The position numbers were made by a program, and so were the translations under genes. The notes beneath the pieces are model-generated. The model searched no databases. It was given only the letters and a program-made list of their open reading frames with translations, and was not told the origin of the DNA. A stretch of 64,000 nucleotides of DNA from NCBI GenBank assembly GCA_965200575.1, contig OZ241363.1, positions 1,616,827 through 1,680,826 on the forward strand, read 5' to 3'. How positions within the stretch are numbered: position 1 is the first letter of the stretch; each line of letters begins with the position of its first letter. This DNA is from Thermoanaerobaculia bacterium (GTDB taxonomy: Bacteria; Acidobacteriota; Thermoanaerobaculia; Multivoradales; Multivoraceae). This document shows, one piece after another, positions 1 to 9,831 of the stretch.

Positions 1-1271
1 CCGCCCAGCGTGTCGCCCCGCTTCACGCGGTAGCCGAAGGCTGCCTGGCGGTCCGGCTTGCGGCCGGACGGCAGGTCGGCATAGGCCCGCTCGAAGGTGG
101 TGGCGCTCCCGAGCGGCACCCGCAACGGGTAGCGCGGCGGTACCAGCAGCGAACCGGCCAGGACCGACCGGTCAAGCGCCGGATTCAGCTCCGCCAGCCG
201 ATCCATGTCCACGCCGGTGGCCGAAGCGAGATCGGTCAGGGCCACGTAGCGGTCGCGGTTCATGACGTCGAAGCGAACCTCCGGGAAGGGCTCGACGCCG
301 GGAAAGTGCTTGTCCCGATCGTGGTAGACGATGACCGCGGCGAGAAACTCCGGGTAGAAGTTGCGCGAGGCGAAGCCGAACGTGCGCGAGCGGTAGGTCG
401 CGGCGATGATGCCGATGTCGCGGGTCTTCGTCCGCCTGACCGCGCGCGACATGCCGCCGGCGCCGTGGTTGTAGGCGGTCAGCGCCAGCGGCCAGGCAAG
501 CAGGGACTCGTGGTCCTGGCGGAGCTTGCGGGCGGCGCCCTCGGCAGCAAGAAGGACGTCGGACCGGGCATCCACCGCCTCGTCCATGTGCAGGTAGGCC
601 TGCCCGGTGGCCGCGGTGAACTGCCAGGCGCCGGAAGCCCCGACCTTCGACCGGGCGCGGTAGTTGAACATGGACTCGACGAACGGCAGGCAGCGGATCT
701 CCTGCGGAAGCCCGTACTCCTCCAGAATCCGTCCGATCCCGGGCATGAACATGCCGGAGATCTCGATGGCCTCTTCGAAGCGGTTGCGCAGCCCGCGCTG
801 CGAGCGGACCATGCCCGCCGCGCGTCGGTACTTCGCCCTGCCTCCCTCGACGTGCTCCATCCGCGTCGGGATGGAGCGCAGGTCCTCGGGCAGGGACGCC
901 GTTGGCTTTCCCGCTGCCAGATCCCGCAGCGCCTTCGATACCCGGTTCATCTCGGAGCGAACCCGGCGGATGCGCGTCCGGTCGATCTCGATCTCGCTCG
1001 ATCCCAGAGCACGCATGTCGCCCAGGTCGACGACGCTGTAGACCACGTCCATGTGGCGCTCGTGGTGGATGGCGACCTGGTCGCTGCTCCAGGTGGCGAA
1101 CACGTCCCGCCAGAAGCCCACCGCGGGCTCGAGGCTCGCGGGCAGCGGAAACGTCTCGGGGTCAATGGCCGGGTGATAGCGCTCGACCGCTGCCGCCGAC
1201 GCCGCCGGCGCCGACAGGACCGCGACCAGCATCAGGAGGGCGACTGCAGGGACACGTTCGAGATTTCTCAT
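1..1271 (-). CDS. Lytic murein transglycosylase (SLT domain) with LysM region; 3' end cut by window edge
   Basis: My own minus-strand translation from ATG 1271-1269 stays open to the window edge, so it is absent from the ORF track. It starts MRNLERVPAVALLMLVAVLSAPAASAA (signal peptide). It contains LPFVESMFNYRARSKVGASGAWQFTAATG (SLT Glu-Ser and WQF motif) and LTAYNHGAGG, and ends FGYRVKRGDTLG (start of a LysM repeat). Plus-strand ORF 306..1277 is its antisense shadow. Confidence 0.75.
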   Translation of the reverse strand, partial: MRNLERVPAVALLMLVAVLSAPAASAAAVERYHPAIDPETFPLPASLEPAVGFWRDVFATWSSDQVAIHHERHMDVVYSVVDLGDMRALGSSEIEIDRTRIRRVRSEMNRVSKALRDLAAGKPTASLPEDLRSIPTRMEHVEGGRAKYRRAAGMVRSQRGLRNRFEEAIEISGMFMPGIGRILEEYGLPQEIRCLPFVESMFNYRARSKVGASGAWQFTAATGQAYLHMDEAVDARSDVLLAAEGAARKLRQDHESLLAWPLALTAYNHGAGGMSRAVRRTKTRDIGIIAATYRSRTFGFASRNFYPEFLAAVIVYHDRDKHFPGVEPFPEVRFDVMNRDRYVALTDLASATGVDMDRLAELNPALDRSVLAGSLLVPPRYPLRVPLGSATTFERAYADLPSGRKPDRQAAFGYRVKRGDTLG

Positions 1272-1367
1272 GAGTAGGTCGATCCTACTGAAATGAAACG
1301 ACTTCTGCACCCTCCTCCGGCGCTGGCCGGTGCCCGTTTCGGCCCGGCTTCGCCTGCCTGATCGACC

Positions 1368-2894
1368 TCAGTAGCGATAATCGTCGCGCTTGAAGGGGCC
1401 GTCCACCGACACGCCGATGTAGGACGCCTGGTCATCGGTGAGCCGGGTCAGCCGCACGCCGAGATGATCGAGGTGCAGGCGCGCGACCTCCTCGTCCAGG
1501 CGCCTGGGCAGCAGTTCGACCCGGTTCTCCCGCGATGCCTGCGAGCGGTGGAGATCGATCTGGGCCAGCACCTGGTTGGCGAAGGACGTCGACATGACGA
1601 AGCTCGGATGACCGGTGGCGCAGCCCAGGTTCAGCAGCCGCCCCTCGGCCAGGACCAGCAGGCCCCGGCCGTCTGGAAACACCCACTCGTCGACCTGATC
1701 CTTGATGCGGCGCTGCCTGACGCCCTCGATCCGCTTGAGGCCGGCGATGTCGATCTCGTTGTCGAAATGCCCGATGTTCCCGACCACGGCCTTGTCCTTC
1801 ATCCGCGCCATGTGGTCGGCCGTGATCACGTCGCGGTTCCCGGTGCAGGTGACGAAGATGTCGGCGGTTTCCACGAGGTCGTCGAGCCGAGCCACCTGGT
1901 AGCCCTCCATGGCGGCCTGAAGGGCGCAGATCGGGTCGATCTCGGCGATGATCACGCGGCAGCCCTGGCCGCGAAGCGCCTGGGCACAGCCCTTCCCCAC
2001 CTCGCCGTAGCCGCACACGACGGCCGCCTTGCCGCCGAGCATCAGGTCCGTGGCGCGGTTCAGGCCGTCGATGAGGGAGTGTCGACACCCGTACACGTTG
2101 TCGAACTTGGACTTGGTGACCGAGTCGTTCACGTTGATCACCGGGCTCAGGAGCTCGCCCGACGCCTCGAGCTCGTGAAGCCGGAGAACGCCCGTGGTGG
2201 TCTCCTCGCTGATGCCCCGCAGACCGCCGGCCAGGCGCGTGAAGTAGGCGCCGTCCCATGTCCGCACCCGCCGCAGCAGCTCGAGGACCACGCCCCATTC
2301 CTCCGGCTCGTTGTCGGCGTCGAAATCCGGCACGGCTCCGGCCCGCTCGTACTCGACGCCCCGGTGAATCAGGAGCGTGGCGTCGCCGCCGTCGTCGACA
2401 ATCAGGCTCGGACCGCTCTCCCCCGGCCAGTCCAGGGCGCGCAGGGTGCACCACCAGTACTCGGCCAGGGTCTCCCCCTTCCAGGCGAACACCGGCACGC
2501 CAGCTGGCTCGTCCGTGCTTCCGCCGTTCGCGGGCGGCCCGACGACGACCGCGGCGGCCGCCTCGTCCTGGGTGGAGAAGATGTTGCAGGACGCCCAGCG
2601 CACGTCGGCGCCCAGGTCGACCAGGGTCTCGATCAGGACCGCCGTCTGAACCGTCATGTGCAGGCTGCCGGTGATGCGTGCGCCGGCGAGCGGCTGCTCT
2701 TCGCGATAGCGGCGGCGCAGCTCCATCAGGCCAGGCATCTCGTGCTCGGCGAGCTCGATCTGTCGCCGCCCGGCGTCCGCCAGTGACACGTCGGCGACCC
2801 GGCAGTCCAGGCTGCCGCTGCCGACGGCGAACAGCTCCCGACCGACCGCGGTGGTCGGTTCGTCGTGCGCGAGACGTGGTTCTGCAACGGTCAT
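1368..2894 (-). CDS. ahcY: Adenosylhomocysteinase (long form)
   Basis: Motifs [35 protein letters not shown]-binding [13 protein letters not shown] and C-terminal FKRDDYRY. The start ATG overlaps the upstream stop (ATGA at 2891-2894). Confidence 0.95.
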   Translation of the reverse strand: MTVAEPRLAHDEPTTAVGRELFAVGSGSLDCRVADVSLADAGRRQIELAEHEMPGLMELRRRYREEQPLAGARITGSLHMTVQTAVLIETLVDLGADVRWASCNIFSTQDEAAAAVVVGPPANGGSTDEPAGVPVFAWKGETLAEYWWCTLRALDWPGESGPSLIVDDGGDATLLIHRGVEYERAGAVPDFDADNEPEEWGVVLELLRRVRTWDGAYFTRLAGGLRGISEETTTGVLRLHELEASGELLSPVINVNDSVTKSKFDNVYGCRHSLIDGLNRATDLMLGGKAAVVCGYGEVGKGCAQALRGQGCRVIIAEIDPICALQAAMEGYQVARLDDLVETADIFVTCTGNRDVITADHMARMKDKAVVGNIGHFDNEIDIAGLKRIEGVRQRRIKDQVDEWVFPDGRGLLVLAEGRLLNLGCATGHPSFVMSTSFANQVLAQIDLHRSQASRENRVELLPRRLDEEVARLHLDHLGVRLTRLTDDQASYIGVSVDGPFKRDDYRY

Positions 2895-3985
2895 CCTCGT
2901 GGCCCTCCTTGAACGTCGGGATCCTCCGGCGGACGGCCCGCGCTGTCAACCCGCGCTCCGGCGATGCCCGTCGCCCGGGCCATGAGTTCGTACGACCGCG
3001 CCCTGGCAGCGGCTTCCGGACAGATGGTCAGCACGACCAGCTCCTCCACCCCCAGCCGTGCAGCGAGCTCGCGTGCACGGGCTGCCACGGCGTCAGGCTC
3101 GCCGATCAGGCTGCGGGCCCCCATCCGGCGCACGACCGCCAGGTCCTCGTCCGTGAACTCGTGGGCGTCGGCCTCCTCCAGGCTCGGGAAGGGCCCCGGC
3201 TGGCCGCGAGTCAGCCGAGTCCACCACAGGAAGCGGCTCATGGACTGGCGCTGGGCCTCCTCGTCGGTGTCGGCGACCATCGCGCTGACGCCGACGCTCG
3301 CCTGCGGCTCCGGGTGTCGCTGGGAAGGCCGGTACTCGCTGCGGTAGAGGTCGAGCGCCGCTTCCGCGTCCCGGGGCTGGATGAAGTGGGCAAAGCTGAA
3401 CGGGCAGCCGAACCAGGCCGCGAACCGGGCCGAGCCGAGGCTCGAACCCAGGAGCCAGACCTCGGGCTGCGTGTCGCCCAGAGGCATGGCCCGGACGCCG
3501 TTCAGCCGCTCGTCCTCGTGCCCGCGTCCCAGGTAGCCAAGAAGATCCGAGACCTGCTCGGGGTAGTGCTGAGCGCCCAGCCGGCCCGGCCCGTGGGCCA
3601 GCAGATGGGCGGTGAACCGATCGGATCCCGGCGCCCGGCCAATCCCGAGATCGATGCGGCCCGGATGGAGGGTCTCCAGCATGCGGAAGACCTCCGCCAC
3701 CTTGAGGGCACTGTAGTGGCTCAGCATGACGCCGCCCGACCCCACCCGAATCCACGACGTGGCGGAAGCGACATGACCGATCAGGGCCTCGGGCGCGGCG
3801 CAGGCCAGCGAATGCGAGTTGTGGTGCTCGGCCAGCCAGTACCGCCGATAGCCGAGCCGGTCGGCCAGCCGCGCCAGGTCCACGGCTTCGGCGATCGCGT
3901 CGGCCGGTGTGCTCCCGGCGCGCACCGGGCACTGATCCAGGACGCTCAGCTTCAGCGCGGCCTCGGTCGCCGCAGCGTCCGCCAC
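2891..3985 (-). CDS. LLM-class (luciferase-like) flavin-dependent oxidoreductase, group 1 (YhbW-like)
   Basis: Motifs [44 protein letters not shown] and [15 protein letters not shown]. The GTG start at 3985 abuts the stop of the upstream gene at 3986. Confidence 0.85.
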   Translation of the reverse strand: MADAAATEAALKLSVLDQCPVRAGSTPADAIAEAVDLARLADRLGYRRYWLAEHHNSHSLACAAPEALIGHVASATSWIRVGSGGVMLSHYSALKVAEVFRMLETLHPGRIDLGIGRAPGSDRFTAHLLAHGPGRLGAQHYPEQVSDLLGYLGRGHEDERLNGVRAMPLGDTQPEVWLLGSSLGSARFAAWFGCPFSFAHFIQPRDAEAALDLYRSEYRPSQRHPEPQASVGVSAMVADTDEEAQRQSMSRFLWWTRLTRGQPGPFPSLEEADAHEFTDEDLAVVRRMGARSLIGEPDAVAARARELAARLGVEELVVLTICPEAAARARSYELMARATGIAGARVDSAGRPPEDPDVQGGPRG

Positions 3986-4843
3986 TCAGTAAGCCTCGGA
4001 ACGCCGGAATCGCTCCACGACCCGGCCGTTCTCGCGCTCCGCCCGCTCCAGAAGTCGAGCCGCCCACACCTTGCGCTGCTCCTCGACGATGGTCGGATCG
4101 TAGCGGTCGACCAGGGAACCGAACTGGCTGATGTGGGCCGCAGAGGCGCGCGCCTTCTGCTCCGCCACGTCGGTGATGTCGACCGTGTAGTTCGGGCTCG
4201 CGCTGTAGTAGAAGAACACGAGAGGGACGCTCCAGGCCTCGAAGCCGGCCGCTTCAAGCTCCGGGAAGTAGAGGCGCCAGCGAGCGGCTCGAATCGCGTC
4301 GACCGTGATGATCGCGCCCGAGCGGTGATCCGACTTGTGGTACTGCTCCGTCGGCGAGCCCGGGTCGACCGAGAACAGGGCATGCGGTCGGAACCGGCGG
4401 ATCTCGCGCGCCACCTGCCGGGTCAGCTCGCGTCGGTCCACGTACTCGAGCATCCCGTCGTCATGCCCGAGCCAGTGGATGTTCTCCTTCGGAATGCCGA
4501 GGATCCTGCACGCCTCCTCCTCCTCGGCACGGCGAATCGCCTTCAGACGCTCGCGCGTCATCTCCGGGTCGCGCGAGCCCGCGTTGTCCGTGGTGTAGAC
4601 GACGACCTGGATCTCGTTCCCCTGCGCCGCCAGCATGGCCAGAGTGCCGCCGGAGGTGAACGTCTCGTCGTCCGGATGCGGCGTGACCACCAGGATCCGA
4701 CGGCCCGACCACTCCTCGACCCGGTCGGCGCCCGTGTACTCGGGCTCGGGCCGGGACACCTGCGCCGCTGCCGGAACGACGAGCAGAAGCAGGAAGGCGC
4801 CCACTCCGGCCGCGACCAAAGCCGCCGAGAACCGCGGTCTCAT
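3986..4843 (-). CDS. PIG-L/LmbE family deacetylase, secreted
   Basis: VVTPHPDDETFTSGGTLA is the PIG-L motif. The track ORF extends to 4972. I prefer ATG 4843, which gives the signal peptide MRPRFSAALVAAGVGAFLLLLVVPAAAQ. Confidence 0.8.
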   Translation of the reverse strand: MRPRFSAALVAAGVGAFLLLLVVPAAAQVSRPEPEYTGADRVEEWSGRRILVVTPHPDDETFTSGGTLAMLAAQGNEIQVVVYTTDNAGSRDPEMTRERLKAIRRAEEEEACRILGIPKENIHWLGHDDGMLEYVDRRELTRQVAREIRRFRPHALFSVDPGSPTEQYHKSDHRSGAIITVDAIRAARWRLYFPELEAAGFEAWSVPLVFFYYSASPNYTVDITDVAEQKARASAAHISQFGSLVDRYDPTIVEEQRKVWAARLLERAERENGRVVERFRRSEAY

Positions 4844-4959
4844 GCCCGGCGCTTCCTCCACGAACTCGGCATCTGCGGGAGTATATTCGCCGGGTGAGTC
4901 GCACCTTCGATCGTGCAGCCTTGGCAGGGTCCCGATCGTGCTCGGCCAGCCGGCTGGTG

Positions 4960-6831
4960 ATGCCGCGGGCACGTCGTTCTTCGGATCATCGGGGTCCGGC
5001 CGAGCTGCGCAGCAGGTGGTCGGCGTGCGGCAGGAATCTGGCGTTCTCGGCCGCCCTTTTCGCTGTCTCGTGGCCGACCTGGCTTCCGACGAGTGCCGCC
5101 AGCGCCCAGGAAGGTCCCGCCGGCGTTCCGGCGGCGACTCTTGCGGAACGGGTCGAGGTGAACGTCGTGAACATCGACGTTCACGTCACGAACCGCCGCG
5201 GCCGCCCCGTCGCCGGTCTGACCGCGGCCGACTTCGAGGTCTTCGAGGACGGGCGCCCGGTCGAAATCACGAACTTCCTCGACGCCACCAGCGGCGCGGG
5301 AGAGTGGGTCGACGGCGACGAGGCCGGCGGCCTCGAAGAGTTCGAGGCCCCGCTGCTGGTGGCCCTGTACATCGACCGGCATCGCACCAGCCAGGCGAGC
5401 CTGCGGCGCATTCAGGACGACCTGGCGGCCTTCCTGGAGGCAAGGAACGACCCGGACAGCAACGTGCGCTTCCTGCTCGCCACGGGCGAACCGGAGCTCC
5501 GGATCCGGACTCCCTTCACGACCGACCCGCGCGACCTGATCGGCGCCCTGCAGGCGCTCGGAAACGAGGCGCCGGCCAGCGTCGAGGACGACGAGACCCT
5601 CCGTCGTCGCGCCCTGAGCGAGATCCGCAACGCGTACGAGACCTGCGTGCAGCCGTCCTCGACGTCGCGCGCTCCCGGCTGCATTCCCTGCATCGACGTC
5701 TGGCCGTCCATGGTGGGCTCGGCCACGCAGTACGCCGCCCGGGTGCAGTCCCGCGCCGGCACGTCGCTGTCGACCCTCGCCGAGCTGACCACGGCCCTGG
5801 GCGGACTGCCGGGGCCGAAGGCGCTGGTCCACGTCAGCGAGGGGATGCCCCAGCGGCCCGGCGCCGAGCTGTTTCACCATCTCGGCCAGATCTGCGTCGA
5901 TCGTCAGAGCGAGACGTACGCACTCGAACGGGAGTGGGACGACACCAGCCGCTTCAACCGCTTCAGTTCGCTGAGCAACGCGAACCGGGTCACCATCTAT
6001 TCGGTGGACGCCGGCGGCGTGCGCGCCAGTTCTGCCGCCGACGTGACCTTCGCCGGGTCGCTCTCCGAATCGGGCGACTTCGCCGGAAGCGGCAACGCGC
6101 AGCTCGCGTCCGTGCTCAGGCCCAGCGGCGAGAACGACCGCCTGCGAGTGGACAACCTTCAGGCGACGCTCAACCTGCTCGCGAGCGAAACGGGTGGCCG
6201 CGCCATCTTCAACCACTCCAACCCGGCCCGCGCGCTCGAGGACATCGCCTCCGACTTCGGCACCTACTACTCGCTCGGCTACCGTGCGCCGGACGACCGG
6301 AACCGCCCAATTCGCCAGGTCGACGTGCGGCTCGCCGGAAAGAAGCAGGGCAGCCTGCGCGTCCGCTTCCGCCGCTCCTACATCCTGAAGTCGGACGACC
6401 GGCGGCTCGCCGACCGTCTGTTCGCCGCGCTGAGGCTGGGCGAGCAGACGAACCCCCTGGGCATCGAGATCGGCTTCGGCCAGGTCTCGGTCGCCGAGGA
6501 GGCCGAGCAGCCCTCACTGCCCGTCGAGGTGACGGTGCCGACGACCGCCGTGACGACCCTGCCCGGCCCGGCAGGCGCGGCCGGCGCCGTCCGCATCTTC
6601 CTCGTGGCCGAGGATCAGGACGGTCGCCGCACGCCCATGCGCCAGAAGACCCTCACCATGACCGAAGCCGTCATGCAGGCAGCCGCGGCCAGTACTGTCG
6701 TGGTCAACGTTCCCCTGCCACCCGGGAACTTCACGGTCGCGGTGGGCGTCCGCGACGAGGCGACCGGCAGGGGCAGCTACGTTGTGCGCGACGTGCTCGT
6801 CACCGACCCGGAGGGCCGAGCCGAGGGCTGA
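4960..6831 (+). CDS. VWA-domain protein with VWFA-related Acidobacterial-type N-terminal domain
   Basis: ERVEVNVVNIDVHVTNRRGRPVAGLTAADFEVFEDGRPVEITNF matches the N-terminal pattern of the family I recall as the VWFA-related Acidobacterial domain. A signal-like segment FSAALFAVSWPTWLPTSAASAQE precedes it. Start is uncertain: GTG 4894 in the track, ATG 4960 preferred. Confidence 0.7.
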   Translation: MPRARRSSDHRGPAELRSRWSACGRNLAFSAALFAVSWPTWLPTSAASAQEGPAGVPAATLAERVEVNVVNIDVHVTNRRGRPVAGLTAADFEVFEDGRPVEITNFLDATSGAGEWVDGDEAGGLEEFEAPLLVALYIDRHRTSQASLRRIQDDLAAFLEARNDPDSNVRFLLATGEPELRIRTPFTTDPRDLIGALQALGNEAPASVEDDETLRRRALSEIRNAYETCVQPSSTSRAPGCIPCIDVWPSMVGSATQYAARVQSRAGTSLSTLAELTTALGGLPGPKALVHVSEGMPQRPGAELFHHLGQICVDRQSETYALEREWDDTSRFNRFSSLSNANRVTIYSVDAGGVRASSAADVTFAGSLSESGDFAGSGNAQLASVLRPSGENDRLRVDNLQATLNLLASETGGRAIFNHSNPARALEDIASDFGTYYSLGYRAPDDRNRPIRQVDVRLAGKKQGSLRVRFRRSYILKSDDRRLADRLFAALRLGEQTNPLGIEIGFGQVSVAEEAEQPSLPVEVTVPTTAVTTLPGPAGAAGAVRIFLVAEDQDGRRTPMRQKTLTMTEAVMQAAAASTVVVNVPLPPGNFTVAVGVRDEATGRGSYVVRDVLVTDPEGRAEG

Positions 6832-6983
6832 CAACAGCTCGGGCGGCGGCAAGGAAGGCTGGCGCCTTGACTGGCGGCGCCTGCGGCCGCTGGAGCTCTC
6901 GCCGAGTCTGCGGTCGTTCGTCGCAACGCTGGAGAGCCGGCGGGGCCCGGAGCGGCAAGCGACCGGAAATCGCCGCCATTCGG

Positions 6984-8012
6984 TCAACGGGCGCCCCTGA
7001 ACTCCTCCACGTCCTGCGGGCCGGTCAGGACGTCCAGGCCAGTGTGGATCGGATCCTCGACCGTCTCGCCGTTCACCAGGTCCAGAAGCACCTCCATGGA
7101 GCGATAGCCCATGGCGTAGGGACGCTGCCCCACCTGGCCGTGGCTCAGTCCCTCGGCCAGCAGATCGAGCTGCATGGACAGCACGTCGGCGCCGACGATC
7201 ACCAGGTCCAGCGACTCGATGCGTTCCCGATACGGCTCGACCGCCTGGCGGTACGCCTGGTCCACGAACTGCGGGAAGCCGCCGGTGATGACGAACACGT
7301 CGAGATCCGGCTCGGAGGCCAGCACGTCAGTCATCTGCTGGACTGCGAGCGGAAAGTCGTCGTTCGTGTAGAGCGGACAGGCGTCGACCTCGGTCCAGCC
7401 GTTCTGGCCCGTCAGACGGTCGCCGGGGGGTGCATCCGAGGCGACGCCGGCAAGTGCATCGCGCAGACCCTGCATCCGCTGGTTGTGGTTCATCGCGGCG
7501 GCGCCGCCGGACTGGATGCAGATGCTGCCGCCTTCAGGCTTCAGCTCGGCGAGGATCGCCGCCTGCTCGACGCCCAGGGCGCGGTTCTCGGTGCCGATGT
7601 ATGTCTGCCGGAACGCGGCGTCCTCGGCCAGCAGATCGGAGTCCCAGGTGATGGTCGGGATGCCGGCCTCGCGGGCCCGGCCGAGCGCCCGCGCCATCGC
7701 GGTCGCGTTCGACGGCGACACGGCCAGCCCGTCCACCCGCCGCGTGATCAGGTCCTCCACGACCTGAATCTGGTCCGCTTCCGTGTGCTCGCTGGGGCCG
7801 ACGTACAGGCACTCGACGCCATCGAAGTCGGCGGCCGCCTGCATGCAGCCGTCCCGAGCCAGGTCGAAGAACGGGTTGTTCATGGCCTTCGGCACCAGCG
7901 CGAAGGTAAGGCCCGCCTCCCCTTCCGCGCACCCCGACGCCGCAAGACCTGCGGCCGCCAGAACCGCTCCGCAAAGCAGCTTCGCTCCCCGTCGCCCTCC
8001 GCCCGCAGCCAT
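6984..8012 (-). CDS. Sugar ABC transporter substrate-binding lipoprotein (RbsB/LsrB-like periplasmic binding fold)
   Basis: LTFALVPKAMNNPFFDLARDGC and ITWDSDLL are typical of monosaccharide-binding proteins. Start at ATG 8012 gives MAAGGGRRGAKLLCGAVLAAAGLAASGC, which carries a lipobox. Confidence 0.8.
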   Translation of the reverse strand: MAAGGGRRGAKLLCGAVLAAAGLAASGCAEGEAGLTFALVPKAMNNPFFDLARDGCMQAAADFDGVECLYVGPSEHTEADQIQVVEDLITRRVDGLAVSPSNATAMARALGRAREAGIPTITWDSDLLAEDAAFRQTYIGTENRALGVEQAAILAELKPEGGSICIQSGGAAAMNHNQRMQGLRDALAGVASDAPPGDRLTGQNGWTEVDACPLYTNDDFPLAVQQMTDVLASEPDLDVFVITGGFPQFVDQAYRQAVEPYRERIESLDLVIVGADVLSMQLDLLAEGLSHGQVGQRPYAMGYRSMEVLLDLVNGETVEDPIHTGLDVLTGPQDVEEFRGAR

Positions 8013-8126
8013 TTCCTGCGCCAGCGGCGCTCCAGGCCGGCGCCTTCGTCCGTGGCGCCGGTGCGGCCCGTTCGTTTCCTGCATGGTCTCCAGCCTCCTT
8101 CAACTCCGGCCTGAATGCGCCGGATG

Positions 8127-9080
8127 TCAGTGTCCCGGCTGACCGGCCCGCCGGATCCGCTCGACGAGCATGGCCACGATGATGGACGCGCCGACGAACG
8201 CGCCCTGCCAGTACGGGTCCACCCCCAGCAGGAGCAGACTGTTGCGGATCAGCTCGATCAGGGCGGCGCCGGCCACGGCGCCGAACGCCCCGCCCTCGCC
8301 GCCCATCAGGTTCGCGCCGCCGATGACGGCCGAGGCGATGACGCGCAACTCGTACCCCTGCCCCAGGGCGTTCGTGACCGCGCCCAGCCAGCCGATCATC
8401 AGGACCGCCGCCACGCCGGCGAGGACCGAGCTCATCACGTAGACCAACAGCTTGACCCGCGCCACCGGCACGCCGGCCAGGCGGGCCGACGTCTCGGCGC
8501 CGCCCACCGCCAGCACGTGACGGGCCAGCTTGCTCCAGCGGAACCACGCGGCCGCGCCCACCGCCGCGACAAGCAGCAGCCAGACCGGGTTGGCCACGCC
8601 CAGGAAGCGGCCTCCGCCGAGCGCCAGCACGAGCTCCTCGTCCGGCCCGAAGTCGTGGATCATCCTGTTGTTCGAGATCACCAGCGCCAGCGACCGGGCG
8701 ATGCTCAGCATGCCGAGCGTGACCACGAACGGAGCAAGCCGCAGGTAGGCCACGAGCGCGCCATTCACCAGGCCGCACAGCAACGCGCAGCCGAGCCCGG
8801 CAGCTGCGGCCAGCACAAGCGAATGGCCCGAACCCAGGACGAGGCCGGTGACGATGCCGGCAAGGCCCATGACCGAGCCCACCGAAAGGTCGATCCCTCC
8901 GGTCGCGATGACCGCCGTCTGCCCCAGGGCGATCAGCCCGATGAACGCGAAGTTGCGGCTGACGTTGAAGACGTTGTCGGCGCTCGCGAACGGCGCCGAG
9001 ACGACGCTCATCACGGCGGCGAGACCGAAGACGGTCAGCGCCACCCACAGCGCCTGCGGGGTGCGACCCAGGCGGTTCAC
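8127..9080 (-). CDS. Sugar ABC transporter permease (RbsC/branched-chain permease fold)
   Basis: FIGLIALGQTAVIATGGIDLSVGSVMGL and multiple TM segments. The real start is GTG at 9080, overlapping the ATPase stop (GTGA at 9077-9080). The rest of track ORF 8127..9554 is out-of-frame overlap with the ATPase gene. Confidence 0.85.
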   Translation of the reverse strand: MNRLGRTPQALWVALTVFGLAAVMSVVSAPFASADNVFNVSRNFAFIGLIALGQTAVIATGGIDLSVGSVMGLAGIVTGLVLGSGHSLVLAAAAGLGCALLCGLVNGALVAYLRLAPFVVTLGMLSIARSLALVISNNRMIHDFGPDEELVLALGGGRFLGVANPVWLLLVAAVGAAAWFRWSKLARHVLAVGGAETSARLAGVPVARVKLLVYVMSSVLAGVAAVLMIGWLGAVTNALGQGYELRVIASAVIGGANLMGGEGGAFGAVAGAALIELIRNSLLLLGVDPYWQGAFVGASIIVAMLVERIRRAGQPGH

Positions 9081-9823
9081 GCGGCCTCGAGAGCGCCCGT
9101 GATCAGCCCGGTGACCTCCTCGGGGGACGACGAGGCCGTCGTCTTGTCCGCCACCTTGCGGCCCCGTCGCAGCACGACGACGCGGTCCGCCACCGCGAAC
9201 ACGTCGGACATCCGGTGCGAGATCAACAGAACGGACACGCCGCCGTCTCGCAGGCTGCGGATCAGCTCCAGCACCTCGGCTATCTGCCGCACGCTGATCG
9301 CCGCCGTCGGTTCGTCCAGCAGCATCAGCCGCGGCGAGCTCAGGCGGGCACGGGCGATGGCCACCGCCTGGCGCTGGCCGCCGGACATCTGTCGCACCAG
9401 GTCGTCGGGACGCGTGTCCGAGCCCAGCTCGGCGAACAGGTCGGCCGACCGACGACGCATGGCGGCGTGATCGAGCACAGGCAGAACGCCCAGGACGCGG
9501 CGGTTGACCTCGCGGCCCAGGAACACGTTGGCCGAAGCCGACAGGTTGTCGCACAGGGCAAGGTCCTGGTACACCGCCTCGATCCCGAGCTCGCGGGCCG
9601 ACAGCGGCGACAGGTCGACCGGCTCACCGCTCCAGCGGATTTCGCCGGCCGTGGGCGCGAAGTTGCCGGCGACGATCTTCAGCAGGGTCGACTTGCCGGC
9701 CCCGTTGTCGCCCATCAGGCCGACCACCTCGCCCCGCAGAAGCTCCAGGTCGACCGCATCCAGGGCCTCGACGGCGCCGAAGCGCATGCCGACCGACCGG
9801 AGCTCGAGCAGCGGACCGGACAC
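9077..9823 (-). CDS. ABC transporter ATP-binding protein, single cassette (248 aa)
   Basis: Walker A GDNGAGKST, signature MSGGQRQAVAIA and Walker B LMLLDEPT. GTG start at 9823 lies 8 nt after the Nramp stop. Track ORF 9077..10999 is over-extended. Confidence 0.85.
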   Translation of the reverse strand: MSGPLLELRSVGMRFGAVEALDAVDLELLRGEVVGLMGDNGAGKSTLLKIVAGNFAPTAGEIRWSGEPVDLSPLSARELGIEAVYQDLALCDNLSASANVFLGREVNRRVLGVLPVLDHAAMRRRSADLFAELGSDTRPDDLVRQMSGGQRQAVAIARARLSSPRLMLLDEPTAAISVRQIAEVLELIRSLRDGGVSVLLISHRMSDVFAVADRVVVLRRGRKVADKTTASSSPEEVTGLITGALEAA

Positions 9824-9831
9824 GCCCGCAG

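Noticed and set aside
2678-8114. Very long plus-strand ORFs 2678..4897 (739 aa) and 4635..8114 (1159 aa)
   Set aside because: They have Arg/Pro/Gly/Ala-dominated low-complexity translations and no recognisable motifs. They lie antisense or out of frame to genes with clear family signatures (LLM, PIG-L, VWFA, sugar-binding protein). These are typical high-GC shadow ORFs.
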